A stretch of 64,000 nucleotides of DNA from the IMG/VR virus record IMGVR_UViG_3300030329_004457, positions 28,325-92,324 of that record; one strand, 5' to 3'. Positions 17,021-26,872 of this stretch are shown here, piece by piece. Origin of the DNA: a virus. The notes under the pieces were generated by a model. It was not told the DNA's origin and did no database searches. It worked only from the letters and a program-made list of their open reading frames with translations. Each line of letters starts with the position of its first letter. Within the stretch, counting starts at the first letter, position 1. Made by a program: the position numbers and the translations under genes.

Positions 17021-17293
17021 CTATATAAGAGGTTCTTTTTTCTCTGTAATTACTTCACAATTAGGTGCCATCTCCGCATTGAGTTCAATGAATCCTTCCC
17101 ATTCTTTTGGAACATCTTCTTCATTAAAAATTGCCTCGACCGGACACTCAGGCACACAGGCTTCACAATCGATGCATTCATCTGGATGAATGTAAAGAAT
17201 CTTTTCACCTTCGTAAAAACACTCAACCGGACAAACAACCACGCAGTCCGTATACTTACAATTATAACAAGGCTCACAAACTACATGTGCCAT
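17021..17293 (-). CDS. fdxA: FdxA-type dicluster ferredoxin
   Basis: [18 protein letters not shown]...[22 protein letters not shown]. Confidence 0.95.
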   Translation of the reverse strand: MAHVVCEPCYNCKYTDCVVVCPVECFYEGEKILYIHPDECIDCEACVPECPVEAIFNEEDVPKEWEGFIELNAEMAPNCEVITEKKEPLI

Positions 17294-17319
17294 TTCTTAC
17301 TCCTTAATCAATATTGCCT

Positions 17320-17649
17320 CTAAGATATTCCAAAACTACTACCACAACCACAACTTTTAACTGCGTTTGGATTATCAAACTTAAACCCCTGTTTCATTGG
17401 ATCTTCATACCAATCAAGAGTTGTTCCATCAATATATAGTTCGGCTTTTTTATCTACTAACACACTAAATCCTTCATAGTCATATTTGTTATATATTGCC
17501 GAATCTTGTTCTTCTTTGGGAAATAGGTCTAACTTATATTCAAAGCCTGAACAGCCACCTCCCGCAATTCCTACCCTTACGTAATAGTCAGGTTGACCTT
17601 CTATGGTCTTTTTAAGTTGGACTTGTGCTACTTCAGTTAGAATTATCAT
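17320..17649 (-). CDS. iscA: IscA/HesB A-type Fe-S carrier
   Basis: GGGCSGFEY...FDNPNAVKSCGCGSSF. Confidence 0.95.
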   Translation of the reverse strand: MIILTEVAQVQLKKTIEGQPDYYVRVGIAGGGCSGFEYKLDLFPKEEQDSAIYNKYDYEGFSVLVDKKAELYIDGTTLDWYEDPMKQGFKFDNPNAVKSCGCGSSFGIS

Positions 17650-17658
17650 ATTGTTTCC

Positions 17659-18072
17659 TTACTTAAGTTTATAAGTTTTTACAGACTTTATCTTTTTCAC
17701 ATCATTAAATTCTATTATATAAACTATACTCTTTGTAATAGATGTTCCCTTTCCTCTTATAATTGAATCGAATACGTCTGCCACATCAAATATATAGCGA
17801 TGACTTAACACCGTCTCAAGACAGACATACTTATCCTTATATGTAATATTTAATATATCTATTTTTGTATATTCTACTAATTCTAAGTGTATCCTATTTG
17901 CTTCTATTGCTTTTTCTTTACCTTGAGCATGAACGTTCCAGTTGTAGAAGTTAATATTTGGAGAAAATATATCGGCCATTGTTTCTAGGTCTTTATTAGC
18001 AATGGCTTCCAAGTATTGTGTTGCAGTCTCTATATATACTAGAGAAAGACTAGTATTATCGCTCTCTTTCAT
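17659..18072 (-). CDS. NTF2/SnoaL-like protein
   Basis: YLEAIANKDL..M..IF......W.....GK pattern; paralog of 18594-18962. Confidence 0.7.
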   Translation of the reverse strand: MKESDNTSLSLVYIETATQYLEAIANKDLETMADIFSPNINFYNWNVHAQGKEKAIEANRIHLELVEYTKIDILNITYKDKYVCLETVLSHRYIFDVADVFDSIIRGKGTSITKSIVYIIEFNDVKKIKSVKTYKLK

Positions 18073-18258
18073 AAGGTTTATATTTTTGTTAAATTAAGTC
18101 ACTGCGCTAAGGTTTGAAATTTATTACTATTTCTTATTTCTTCATTCTTAGGTAGTTCTGGACACTTAAACAGTTCAAAAACTCCCAAAATTGTAAATAT
18201 TATCAATATAATGATACCATATATATTTATCTTGTCAGCTTTAGTCGATGATAGTTTA

Positions 18259-18597
18259 TTATGCACTAAAGCTACTTCCACATCCACACGTCTTATTCGC
18301 GTTAGGATTATTAAATACAAATCCTTTTTGATAAATATTATCATAATAGTCAATAATAGTACCGTCTATATATAGATCTGACTTACGATCTACAATGACA
18401 GTAATTCCATCTTGTTCATATTTGGTATCTGTCTGACTATCATATCCTGTAGATTCAATAAATCCCAGCTTATATTGAAAGCCTGAACATCCTCCACCTT
18501 CTATAGATACTCTTAAATAGCTTTTATCATCACATTCCTCAGTTTCGTTAATAATCCGCTGAAGTTCTGAGACTGCTTCCTTACTTAACGTGATCAT
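18259..18597 (-). CDS. iscA: IscA/HesB A-type Fe-S carrier (second copy)
   Basis: GGGCSGFQY...FNNPNANKTCGCGSSF. Confidence 0.95.
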   Translation of the reverse strand: MITLSKEAVSELQRIINETEECDDKSYLRVSIEGGGCSGFQYKLGFIESTGYDSQTDTKYEQDGITVIVDRKSDLYIDGTIIDYYDNIYQKGFVFNNPNANKTCGCGSSFSA

Positions 18598-18962
18598 ATC
18601 TTAACCTCTTCTTTCATTCTATATAATCGAATTAGTTTAATTTTTCCCCAGTCATCGAATTCTAAAATGAATACTATCGGTGATGTTCGGGTTTGTTTCT
18701 TTTCTACATTAGTTGTTGTGTAAGACAATTCACATTCCATACATACATATTTATTACGATATGCTGTATTTATGATTTGAATCTTAATATCTTTTACAAA
18801 ATCAAAAAAGTTTTGTAAAGCCACCATTGTGTTATGTTTTCCAGCAACATCACACGACCAACTTGTTAGTTTTACTTTATCCTGTAATAACGGCTGAATA
18901 GTCCCAATGTCTTGAGATGCTATTGTGGTTAGGAATTTTTTTGCTGCATCTACCCATCTCAT
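18594..18962 (-). CDS. NTF2/SnoaL-like protein
   Basis: Shares YVC.E..L and IV.I.EF.D..KIK with 17659-18072. Confidence 0.7.
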   Translation of the reverse strand: MRWVDAAKKFLTTIASQDIGTIQPLLQDKVKLTSWSCDVAGKHNTMVALQNFFDFVKDIKIQIINTAYRNKYVCMECELSYTTTNVEKKQTRTSPIVFILEFDDWGKIKLIRLYRMKEEVKI

Positions 18963-19310
18963 AATAACTACACCTGTACGGTTTATGTATATTTATTTAA
19001 TTCTATTTAATTAGGTTTTATTTTATTAATATATCCCCATACTCCCCTTATCAAATATATAAGATAATACATTGTTAACATACATATAAGAGTAAAGAGA
19101 ATACATAATAATAGTACACTATTGTATAATACACCTTCATACCAGTAAGAATAATAAGGATACTTTGTATTACTGTATATAGGAAAACGCATATTTGAAC
19201 CACGTTCCCGTCAAATAAGTGATTTTTGTTTTATTTTATTGAATTTTGGGTTCATTTCCCACATATATTGGTCAATTTTGGTACTGGTTGGGAGACTATC
19301 CCCATATATC

Positions 19311-19653
19311 ATTATACTTACTGGAGGATTGAAGTCAAGTCCTAAAATAAAAAAGATAAAACATGCCGCAAAGTTGTTGAAACTTAAACTATTTTGACTT
19401 TTTTGAAATTTTTTGGCCTGAAAACCGTTTCGCCGTTTGTATACTTAAGTACACGGGTATTATTAATGATCTGTAGGTACTAATATGAAGTTATTTGAGA
19501 CTTTTATGTATGCTATTTTGTTCTATGTTTGTATAGGTAGTTTTCTTTGGAACTTTAGCTCATTCACTTTTCAACAAAAAGTAATAATGTTTACATTAAT
19601 TGCTGGATTTCAGTGTATTGTGGGCTTGACAAGAGGAGATTCTGAGGTATAAT
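19311..19653. promoter_or_regulatory. Divergent sigma70-type promoters (minus 19311-19338; plus 19626-19653)
   Basis: TTGACT-N16-TATAAT and TTGACA-N16-TATAAT. Confidence 0.65.
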
Positions 19654-20371
19654 ATATAAGGAAGTTCTTAAGTTTGGGGGATGGTAATTAAAATGTATAA
19701 CTATTTATATTTTATATTACTTTTCCGTACATTTTGTTACCACTCCCCTTTTTACAAAAATAACCTTTAATCAATATAGATATGTTCCGCTTCATACTCT
19801 AGATTAAAGTGAATGCAAAAGCGGATGGTTTCTTGATTACCATATAAGATAAGTTTACTATTTTATTATTCTTAAAATTAAGTATTGTCAAAAATAGTTT
19901 ATTTTGTACATAACTTTCCTGTTGAGTTGTATACTCTATACTGATTTAGTATGAGATACGGGCAAAGCTCTAGGTTTTACAAATGCCCTGTAAAATCTTT
20001 GGAAAGTTTTAAAAGTTGCCGCAGACTATTTATAGTTTAGCGGGGAGGTTGGTGGGAATTTTTTACAATTACATAGGTTTCTTAAGTACCTTAAAAGTTA
20101 TGTTTATACCACTTCATACACTTCAAACTTAAGTTAGTCCAAAAGTGGTTTTTAAAGAAACAAAGCAGTTTAGCGGGGCAACCGGTGGGTTTCAAAAAAC
20201 TCGCGTGCTACGCTCATTCGCGCGACACTTAGCTATAAGGGACAAGACAATGGTCCGATATATTAGAATTATTTTAGCCACCCCGCTATATTTAACTGCT
20301 AGTTTATTTCTCTTATTATCTCTGAAAGTTTTCCCACCAGATGTAAGAGAAGAAGCAAAGAATAGTTTTAT

Positions 20372-20548
20372 CTAGTTGGTAGCGCGAATAGAATCACCAA
20401 AAATCCAACTAGCTAATACAATGGTGATATTTTGAGATTGCTCTGCTGAGAGACCAAGTCCCAATACATCAAAACCTACAAAAGCTACACCACCCACAGC
20501 AACCCAAAATCTTCGGGATGTCACTAACGTCTGAATCTTGTTGGCCAT
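20372..20548 (-). CDS. Small two-TM holin-like membrane protein (58 aa, absent from track)
   Basis: MANKIQTLVTSRRFWVAVGGVAFVGF...IVLASWIFGDSIR; GGAG RBS. Confidence 0.6.
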   Translation of the reverse strand: MANKIQTLVTSRRFWVAVGGVAFVGFDVLGLGLSAEQSQNITIVLASWIFGDSIRATN

Positions 20549-20694
20549 TAAATTTCTCCATGACTACAGGAACAGGATGCGCAACACTGACAATTTTCAT
20601 CACATTGACAAATATTGTCGGAAGTACTATTACCAATAGCAAATCCTAATGTTGAGCAGAAAACTACAAGTGCAAAATATATATAATATTTCAT
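20548..20694 (-). CDS. Small exported Cys-rich protein (48 aa, absent from track)
   Basis: MKYYIYFALVVFCSTLGFAIG...CQCDENCQCCASCSCSH; coupled to both neighbours. Confidence 0.55.
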   Translation of the reverse strand: MKYYIYFALVVFCSTLGFAIGNSTSDNICQCDENCQCCASCSCSHGEI

Positions 20695-20891
20695 TTGTTT
20701 ACCTCTTTTAAATGTCGAGCAATAATATCATTATGTAGTACTTCAGTGGTATCGCTTGAACTTGACTTCTCTGGGATGGGAATATTAGAGACTGATTGAT
20801 TTTTTTTAACTCTAATATAATTAAATAGATTGAAAAGTGCCGGAATTCCCCAGACTACAGTAATTATCCCTACCAGTACCACATACTCCAT
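20691..20891 (-). CDS. Hypothetical membrane protein
   Basis: N-terminal TM. Confidence 0.6.
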   Translation of the reverse strand: MEYVVLVGIITVVWGIPALFNLFNYIRVKKNQSVSNIPIPEKSSSSDTTEVLHNDIIARHLKEVNK

Positions 20892-20999
20892 GTATGCTCT
20901 TTCTATATTAGACTCTGCAAAACACCCATTTAGTCACAATTGTCTAAAATAATTTTTGAGTGCTAGCATATTTCTCTACCATAGTATACCCCCAATTTA

Positions 21000-21299
21000 C
21001 TACTTTGGGGCTAGAATTTCTGGATTAGATTGTGCAATACAATTGTCTTGTACGGTACAAAAATAACTATATTTTATTTCATAATTTGGACCATACATAT
21101 TCTCAGGCCATGTACAAGTCCAAACATTAACTCTCCACTTATTGTAGTAAACATTCTTAGCGCTTACTTTATAGAAATCTTTAATCTTGCCTAATTTTTC
21201 TAAAACTTCTTCACATACTAATTTTTCTTGTAAAGAAGGGTCTATATCTTTTTGCTTCTGTACTTTACTTTTTACTGTTTTTTCTAAGGTTTGACTCAT
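21000..21299 (-). CDS. Hypothetical protein
   Basis: 99 aa, AAGGAG RBS; NVY.NKWRVNVW. Confidence 0.75.
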   Translation of the reverse strand: MSQTLEKTVKSKVQKQKDIDPSLQEKLVCEEVLEKLGKIKDFYKVSAKNVYYNKWRVNVWTCTWPENMYGPNYEIKYSYFCTVQDNCIAQSNPEILAPK

Positions 21300-21740
21300 C
21301 GTAGTACTCCTTTATAAAAACTCGCGTGCTAAAGACTATCACAGACTCATAAGGCTAAGTCGGAAAGGACATCCGTCCGTGGGTGAAAAATTTATTGATT
21401 ATTAATAACTTTATAAAAACTCGCGTGCTATAGACTATTCGAGACTGCAAGGGGCTACAAGGGCCAGTACGCCCCTGTTGTTTCTTGGTTTTTTGCTTTA
21501 TTTTTCTGAGTTTTTATGTAAGCCTATACACCGTAAGCACTTACGTTCATTATACAGTAAGGATCGGCAGAATCAACCCCTAATCTTGAGAAAATCTCCA
21601 TAAGTCTTTATATATCAACAACTTACAGTTCGGCACAAGAGTTGCACTACGGAATTGCCGTAAGTCTATATATATCAATAACTTAGAGCGATGCGGGCGG
21701 GCTGCGATTTCCCTAAGTCCTTTGGTAGTAAGGGGTTATG

Positions 21741-21947
21741 TCAATTTACTTCGCTTTTTGCTGTCCTTTCCAAAACCAGTTCCCAATTTATGTTCACCTC
21801 TACGCCGTCACCTCGGTCCCGTGGACCTTCAGCATACAAAGCTTTACATCGAAGTACTTCGTTCTCAGCACCTTCCTCGTTCCAACCTATAGTTCGCAAA
21901 AATTCCAAGAGCCTTGTCCAATGTGCGTTTTTTATTTCTTCATTCAT
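21741..21947 (-). CDS. Hypothetical protein
   Basis: 68-aa ORF. Confidence 0.6.
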   Translation of the reverse strand: MNEEIKNAHWTRLLEFLRTIGWNEEGAENEVLRCKALYAEGPRDRGDGVEVNINWELVLERTAKSEVN

Positions 21948-21966
21948 GATAAATACTTTCTAAAAG

Positions 21967-21996
21967 TAAAAACCCCCACGCGAGTGCGTAGGGGGA
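21967..21996 (-). terminator. Probable intrinsic terminator after the DUF932 gene
   Basis: CCCCC-TACGC..GCGT-GGGGG hairpin followed by U run. Confidence 0.6.
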
Positions 21997-22060
21997 AAGG
22001 GCTAGGAAAGACAGGGCATTGAGCAACAGAGCTTTACCCTACCTTCCCGGCTTCACCTTT

Positions 22061-23023
22061 TTATGTAGCCAGTGCAAGTGCTGTATCCAGCGCTTTCTGG
22101 CTTAGGTTTCCATTCTGCCCAAACCATAATGAGTCCATGCGGTTCTCATTAGTTCGGCCCTTTTCATAATTAAGGTATTCGGTAACACCGTTATAAGCGG
22201 CCCAATAAGTGCCGTTTACTCCCGGCATATCGTTACCTTTACCGATCAAGAAGAATTCTTCTACTTTCCCGATTATGTTTTTAGTTCGGGTTGATAGGTC
22301 GTCATCTTCTTGTTGTTGTACGTCCAATACGATTTTAACGTACTTGTGAAGATCGGAAGCGTTAATCTGCTTTGAAGCTAAAAACCGGTACTGTTCGGCA
22401 GTTGCTTCAAATTCCTGATCTGCTAAGTTCATAATGTCGCGTAGTTTTTCAACATTGTTCTTGACAAATCGGTGATGCCTAATCCGAATCAGCTTAGAGG
22501 CTTTACTACTACGGGCCATTGATTCCGTATTAGCACAAACCACTCGAATCGGAGTAAATCCAAAGTGAACTGCCAGCTTTCCATCATGCCCATTGGAGAG
22601 CAAAGCAAACTTGGCAATCTCATCATTTGGTACGATTTCGGTATTTTCCAAACCTAATTGGCAAAGCACCCAAACACGTTCACCGCCACGCAAGGAACCA
22701 GCAGTATGCAAACGCATATCTCCCGAATCAATCAGCGGCTCAAACACTTTAAACGCATCACGATTCTGCAATGGTGTCCAACGAGGACCAACAACGCCAA
22801 GCACCTTATCGTCTGAGGTTCTCACGGCAGCTTGGGCCTTTACCTCTTCACCCACAACCTGATCCGCTGCGCCTTTACGGTAGAGCGGTTCGGTTTCAAC
22901 TTCCCAATCTAAACCGGCTAACTTGAACGCATCCCAAAAGTTGGTAGCGTCGTCAATCTCGGTTCCCAAACCATGCCAAGGGGTAGCACCTGCGAAAACC
23001 ATTCTTTCTACTTCGTGAGACAT
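22061..23023 (-). CDS. DUF932 / phage-plasmid TIGR03299-like protein
   Basis: MSHEVE.M...G.TPWHGLG...AGLDW.V; LQNRDAF; TAGSL.GG..VW; NGHDG; TPIRVVCANT; GT.WAAYNGVTEY. Confidence 0.88.
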   Translation of the reverse strand: MSHEVERMVFAGATPWHGLGTEIDDATNFWDAFKLAGLDWEVETEPLYRKGAADQVVGEEVKAQAAVRTSDDKVLGVVGPRWTPLQNRDAFKVFEPLIDSGDMRLHTAGSLRGGERVWVLCQLGLENTEIVPNDEIAKFALLSNGHDGKLAVHFGFTPIRVVCANTESMARSSKASKLIRIRHHRFVKNNVEKLRDIMNLADQEFEATAEQYRFLASKQINASDLHKYVKIVLDVQQQEDDDLSTRTKNIIGKVEEFFLIGKGNDMPGVNGTYWAAYNGVTEYLNYEKGRTNENRMDSLWFGQNGNLSQKALDTALALAT

Positions 23024-23106
23024 ACTTCCTAATCCTTTCAAAAAAACAAAACTGTTGAATACTCTTTAATTGTACCACAAGACTTAGCAATGTCAATCCC
23101 TAAAAT

Positions 23107-23358
23107 TCAAAATTCTTTACCCTCTTCCCATCGCACGGTATCTGTGTCGTCTGAACAAGGGAATAGATCATTGAAGCACTTGTCACATGTATTGCTAATT
23201 AACAGTTCTCGTTCAGCAGCATTTAGATATGGCATTACATCTTGAATCAATTTGCCTTGTTGCCACTGAATTACATCAACAGGGTTTACTGCGAGCGTAG
23301 TGCTATTGTTGCAAATATTGCAAGCCACATTCATTTCCATCGTTCCAGTTTCGATCAT
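23107..23358 (-). CDS. Hypothetical Zn-binding protein
   Basis: CNIC...IQDVMPYL...ERELLIS..CDKC; start after ACGAAAGGAAA. Confidence 0.7.
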   Translation of the reverse strand: MIETGTMEMNVACNICNNSTTLAVNPVDVIQWQQGKLIQDVMPYLNAAERELLISNTCDKCFNDLFPCSDDTDTVRWEEGKEF

Positions 23359-23528
23359 TTGAGTTTTTCCTTTCGTTGGTTGTTCTTTCATTATACTATA
23401 TACATCGTCCAAGTCAACCCCTAAACTTTAAAGAAAAATAGAATTGCCGTAAGTCGTTATCAGCAAAGGAGTTACGGTTCGCGGGGCGGGCCAGCACCGT
23501 CCTAAGTGCTTACCACATAAGGGTTTAG

Positions 23529-23563
23529 AAAAAGGGTGGGCGAGATTTACCCGCGCCACCCTT
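23529..23563 (-). terminator. Probable intrinsic terminator
   Basis: AAGGGTGGCGC...GCCCACCCTTTTT. Confidence 0.55.
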
Positions 23564-23662
23564 ATACCCTATTCCGTACCGTCAACCATCCACCACAGCA
23601 TCCCAATCGTGCCTAAGATAATTGACATAAGTAGATATCCTACCATGCACATATCCTTTACT

Positions 23663-23914
23663 TTAGAGTGCGGCTAACAGTTCTGCGGCCTCCTGTGGAG
23701 TAGGGATTCGACGTTGATCACTGAGGTATGGTTGCCATTCGTGATATAGCTCAGGATAACGCTTTTTTTCTGTAATAAGTCGTTGCTTAAAGCTAGCGGG
23801 AGTCATTCCCAATTCGCTAGCAGCATCGCCAATACTGTTGAATGTGTTACGCTCTTTAATAGTGACGCGCAAAAAATCTTGTAAAGTCACTACTGCTCTC
23901 GTTTTAGTGCTCAT
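23663..23914 (-). CDS. Hypothetical HTH-like protein
   Basis: SIGDAASELGMTPASFKQRL. Confidence 0.6.
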   Translation of the reverse strand: MSTKTRAVVTLQDFLRVTIKERNTFNSIGDAASELGMTPASFKQRLITEKKRYPELYHEWQPYLSDQRRIPTPQEAAELLAAL

Positions 23915-23917
23915 AAC

Positions 23918-24103
23918 TTACCTTTCAATAGTTAAAAAAAACTGGTCAGCATCTAGTACAGAATCACCTTCACTAAATTCAATAGTATCACAAGGGTAAT
24001 ATTCTCCTTCCTTTTTATCATAGACTGTAGCGGTTTCCTTTAAAAATTCTGGTTCCTGCATTCCTTTTTCATATAAAAATTCTACCAACTCCCCATAATT
24101 CAT
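23918..24103 (-). CDS. Hypothetical protein
   Basis: 61-aa coupled ORF. Confidence 0.6.
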   Translation of the reverse strand: MNYGELVEFLYEKGMQEPEFLKETATVYDKKEGEYYPCDTIEFSEGDSVLDADQFFLTIER

Positions 24104-24879
24104 ACCTTGACCTTTCGAGAATAAGAATGTTTAACTTTATTTTTCCTTAACAATTGCAACGCTTTCGACGCGTCCGTGTCTTTCGGTTGTGTGCCGTGAA
24201 TCAGCAAAGCAAAATCTTGGTTTTTTAATTCAGGATCGGCAGCATGACTATCATCGTGGTCGATGTCCAAACCTAAATCTTCTGCCTCTTGCTCACTGAA
24301 AACGACTTTTGACGCTCTAAGATTATTCGCCTCAATCAAAGGGTCAGCTTTCCCGCCATAACTTGCTGTCAAAATAAAATTCGGCAGACTACTAACCAGC
24401 GATTGATTATGGAGCCAATACGTTATTGACTTTGTGTAGGCATAAAATAGTTTTTGCGGAAACATTTTCGCAATTGCCAACCAAGCTAAAAAGTATTTTT
24501 CGTTGAAAAAATCACCCGCCACATGAATACGACAGACACCTAAATCTTTTGGCATTGCCTCTAAAATTTCCTTGACTAATTCTACTGTGTCTAACTTGCG
24601 CAGACTATCAAAATTGTTTTTACGTAAATTGTATAGATTAGTATACTGAACTTCTTGACTAGCAGAAAAGCACCTAAACTCTGTATTTGGTCCGTCTTTA
24701 ATAGTTCGCTTACCTTCGCTATTTTCCACAGCTTTACTTAGACATTCCTTAGCAAACGGACACGAGAAGCCAGACAATAGGTCAAACGAATAAACTTTTT
24801 TACCTTCCAAATATTTTTCTAGAGACTTGACTTGTTTCAATGCTTCGATTTTCGCGTTTGCCTTTGAGAACTTAACCAT
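24100..24879 (-). CDS. GP88-like phage protein (Cys-motif, radical-SAM-like fold)
   Basis: SFDL.SG.SCP.A.EC...C.SA..E; RIHVAGDF; FYAYTK. Confidence 0.7.
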   Translation of the reverse strand: MVKFSKANAKIEALKQVKSLEKYLEGKKVYSFDLLSGFSCPFAKECLSKAVENSEGKRTIKDGPNTEFRCFSASQEVQYTNLYNLRKNNFDSLRKLDTVELVKEILEAMPKDLGVCRIHVAGDFFNEKYFLAWLAIAKMFPQKLFYAYTKSITYWLHNQSLVSSLPNFILTASYGGKADPLIEANNLRASKVVFSEQEAEDLGLDIDHDDSHAADPELKNQDFALLIHGTQPKDTDASKALQLLRKNKVKHSYSRKVKV

Positions 24880-25070
24880 TTTGTTTCCTTTCATGTGTTT
24901 TGTGTTATGCTTCCATTATACTATATTATCGTCCAATGTCAACCCCTCACATGAGAAAAACTTATAGAAATTTTAAATGTCGTAAACCCTTGATATCAAA
25001 AGACTTACGCAAAACTCGCGTGCTATAACTCATTAAGGACTCCAACCAGCCTAGAACGGCTGATACAAAG

Positions 25071-25144
<74 letters not shown>

Positions 25145-25263
25145 ATATTATTATTATACTATATTTATCGGCTAAGTCAACCCCAAACTTTACAATAAAA
25201 TAAAATAGCTCTAAGTCGTTATGTAGTAAGGGGTTACGTCGAGCGGGGCGGGGCGCCATCGTC

Positions 25264-25485
25264 CTAAGTCGTTGCATCACAAGGGGTTAGGTCAACATAA
25301 GTATATCCAGCTTCTTTCAACAGGTCCACAAATTGGATTTCGTGTTCGAGTTGTGTAAAATATACGGACTTTTCAAACGGTCCCGTAACATAAGTGATAA
25401 AGACACCGTGCCTACTTGCGTCAGCAAAATCTGCATTCTTATCTCTAGGTTTGACTGTATACTCTTTTTTCTTTAGTTTAGTCAT
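25264..25485 (-). CDS. Hypothetical protein
   Basis: 73 aa, GGAG RBS. Confidence 0.6.
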   Translation of the reverse strand: MTKLKKKEYTVKPRDKNADFADASRHGVFITYVTGPFEKSVYFTQLEHEIQFVDLLKEAGYTYVDLTPCDATT

Positions 25486-25565
25486 TGTATACTCCAGAGT
25501 AAAAAAAGGGACACCTAGCCAAAAGGATTAAAGGCCAGATGTCCCCACACGAAAGGAGAGGTTCC

Positions 25566-25742
25566 TTAGATATTTACATTTAGATTATATCTCTCTTTCG
25601 CAATCTTCTTAATATACGACGTTTGTCCAGTGTGACAAATCACACCGTCCACAACAATCTTGGCCCATTGATGACGGTTCTTGTTAGTTGTGTTAAGAAC
25701 CACGCGAGCGACCTTGTGAATGTTTCCTTGTACAGCTTTCAT
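25566..25742 (-). CDS. Hypothetical protein
   Basis: Start moved to the ATG after AAGGAG. Confidence 0.6.
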   Translation of the reverse strand: MKAVQGNIHKVARVVLNTTNKNRHQWAKIVVDGVICHTGQTSYIKKIAKERYNLNVNI

Positions 25743-26207
25743 CTCATCTCTCCTTCGCAAAAAGTAAAAAAGTAAAAAGGTTGTTGCTTCTGATGCCTTC
25801 ATTATACTATATACATCGGCAATGTCAACCCCTCTACTTTAGAAAAAAACAAAATAGCTGTAACTTGTTGTGTGATAAGAGGTTACGTCAATCGCGGCCC
25901 GCCCCCTTCGCCCTAAGTCGTTTAGTACCAAGGGTTTAGGGATATTGCAACATCACATAAAGACAACCACTTACCCATAAGATCACGCCTACAAATTGTA
26001 GGAAGTTAATAACAAAATCTTTCATAGTTATTGTTCCGTTTTAATTTCATAATTCATCGGAATAAACTGCCAGTCAAACTCTTCGCCTATCCATTGCGTG
26101 CAGTCATATGGATCGGTTCCGACGTGTTGTGGAACCATGATCGTTATTGTACTGTTAGTTGTAGGTCGAATCGCTTGACAAATGACACTCAACATTTATA
26201 TACCTGT

Positions 26208-26399
26208 TTAGCTAGGAACTTTGGCTAGGAATTGTACCTTGTTATTACTATAGGATTTATAAAATCCCCCATGATCCAAGCAAAAACCTCCGGCCTTTAA
26301 CCCGCCTCTGTAACTAGGCCATGTGCGTTCAACGCGACCTTTTCTCATCTTGTCATGATATCGAAACTGAACCACATCGCCTTCTTTTACCTTTAACAT
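26208..26399 (-). CDS. Hypothetical SH3-like small protein
   Basis: VKEGDVVQFRY...R.GRV; start after GGAG. Confidence 0.55.
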   Translation of the reverse strand: MLKVKEGDVVQFRYHDKMRKGRVERTWPSYRGGLKAGGFCLDHGGFYKSYSNNKVQFLAKVPS

Positions 26400-26659
26400 T
26401 TTCTTTTCTCCACTAAAATTTTCCAAACTTACCTAACTACTATTATTATACCACACTCAGACTCAAAGTCAAGCCCCAGCGAGTAAATTTTTTACCTGAG
26501 TATCCCAAAATTCTTCAACTGTTTCCAATTCTTCCATATCAACCTCGTCGTGAATACTTTCAAATTCAGCTCGTTCTTCTGGTGTGAACATATCAAAACT
26601 CATTTCTTCACATTGTACTTGTGTGTCGTAATCGTCAAACGTCATGACTTACCCTTTCG

Positions 26660-26872
26660 TTATTCGCAAGAAAATCGACCGTTACTAGTGACATCTTTCC
26701 AAGTTGGTGGAATTACTTCTTCAGTACAAATTACTTCAGATGGGCCGTGACCGTAAAGTTTTACATAACTTTCACCGTCTTCATTCTGGAAGATTCTATC
26801 TTGGCTAATGTACATGTGAGTTTCCTCACGTCCCGTTTTTGAATTCAAGATTGTTACGTTGAAGTGTTTCAT
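26660..26872 (-). CDS. Hypothetical protein
   Basis: Start after ACGAAAGAGG leader. Confidence 0.6.
   Translation of the reverse strand: MKHFNVTILNSKTGREETHMYISQDRIFQNEDGESYVKLYGHGPSEVICTEEVIPPTWKDVTSNGRFSCE

Larger units (their letters stand above)
20196..25025 (+). repeat. Four exact copies of AAAACTCGCGTGCTA (20196, 21317, 21416, 25011)
   Basis: Direct reading; same orientation, outside credible genes. Confidence 0.85.
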
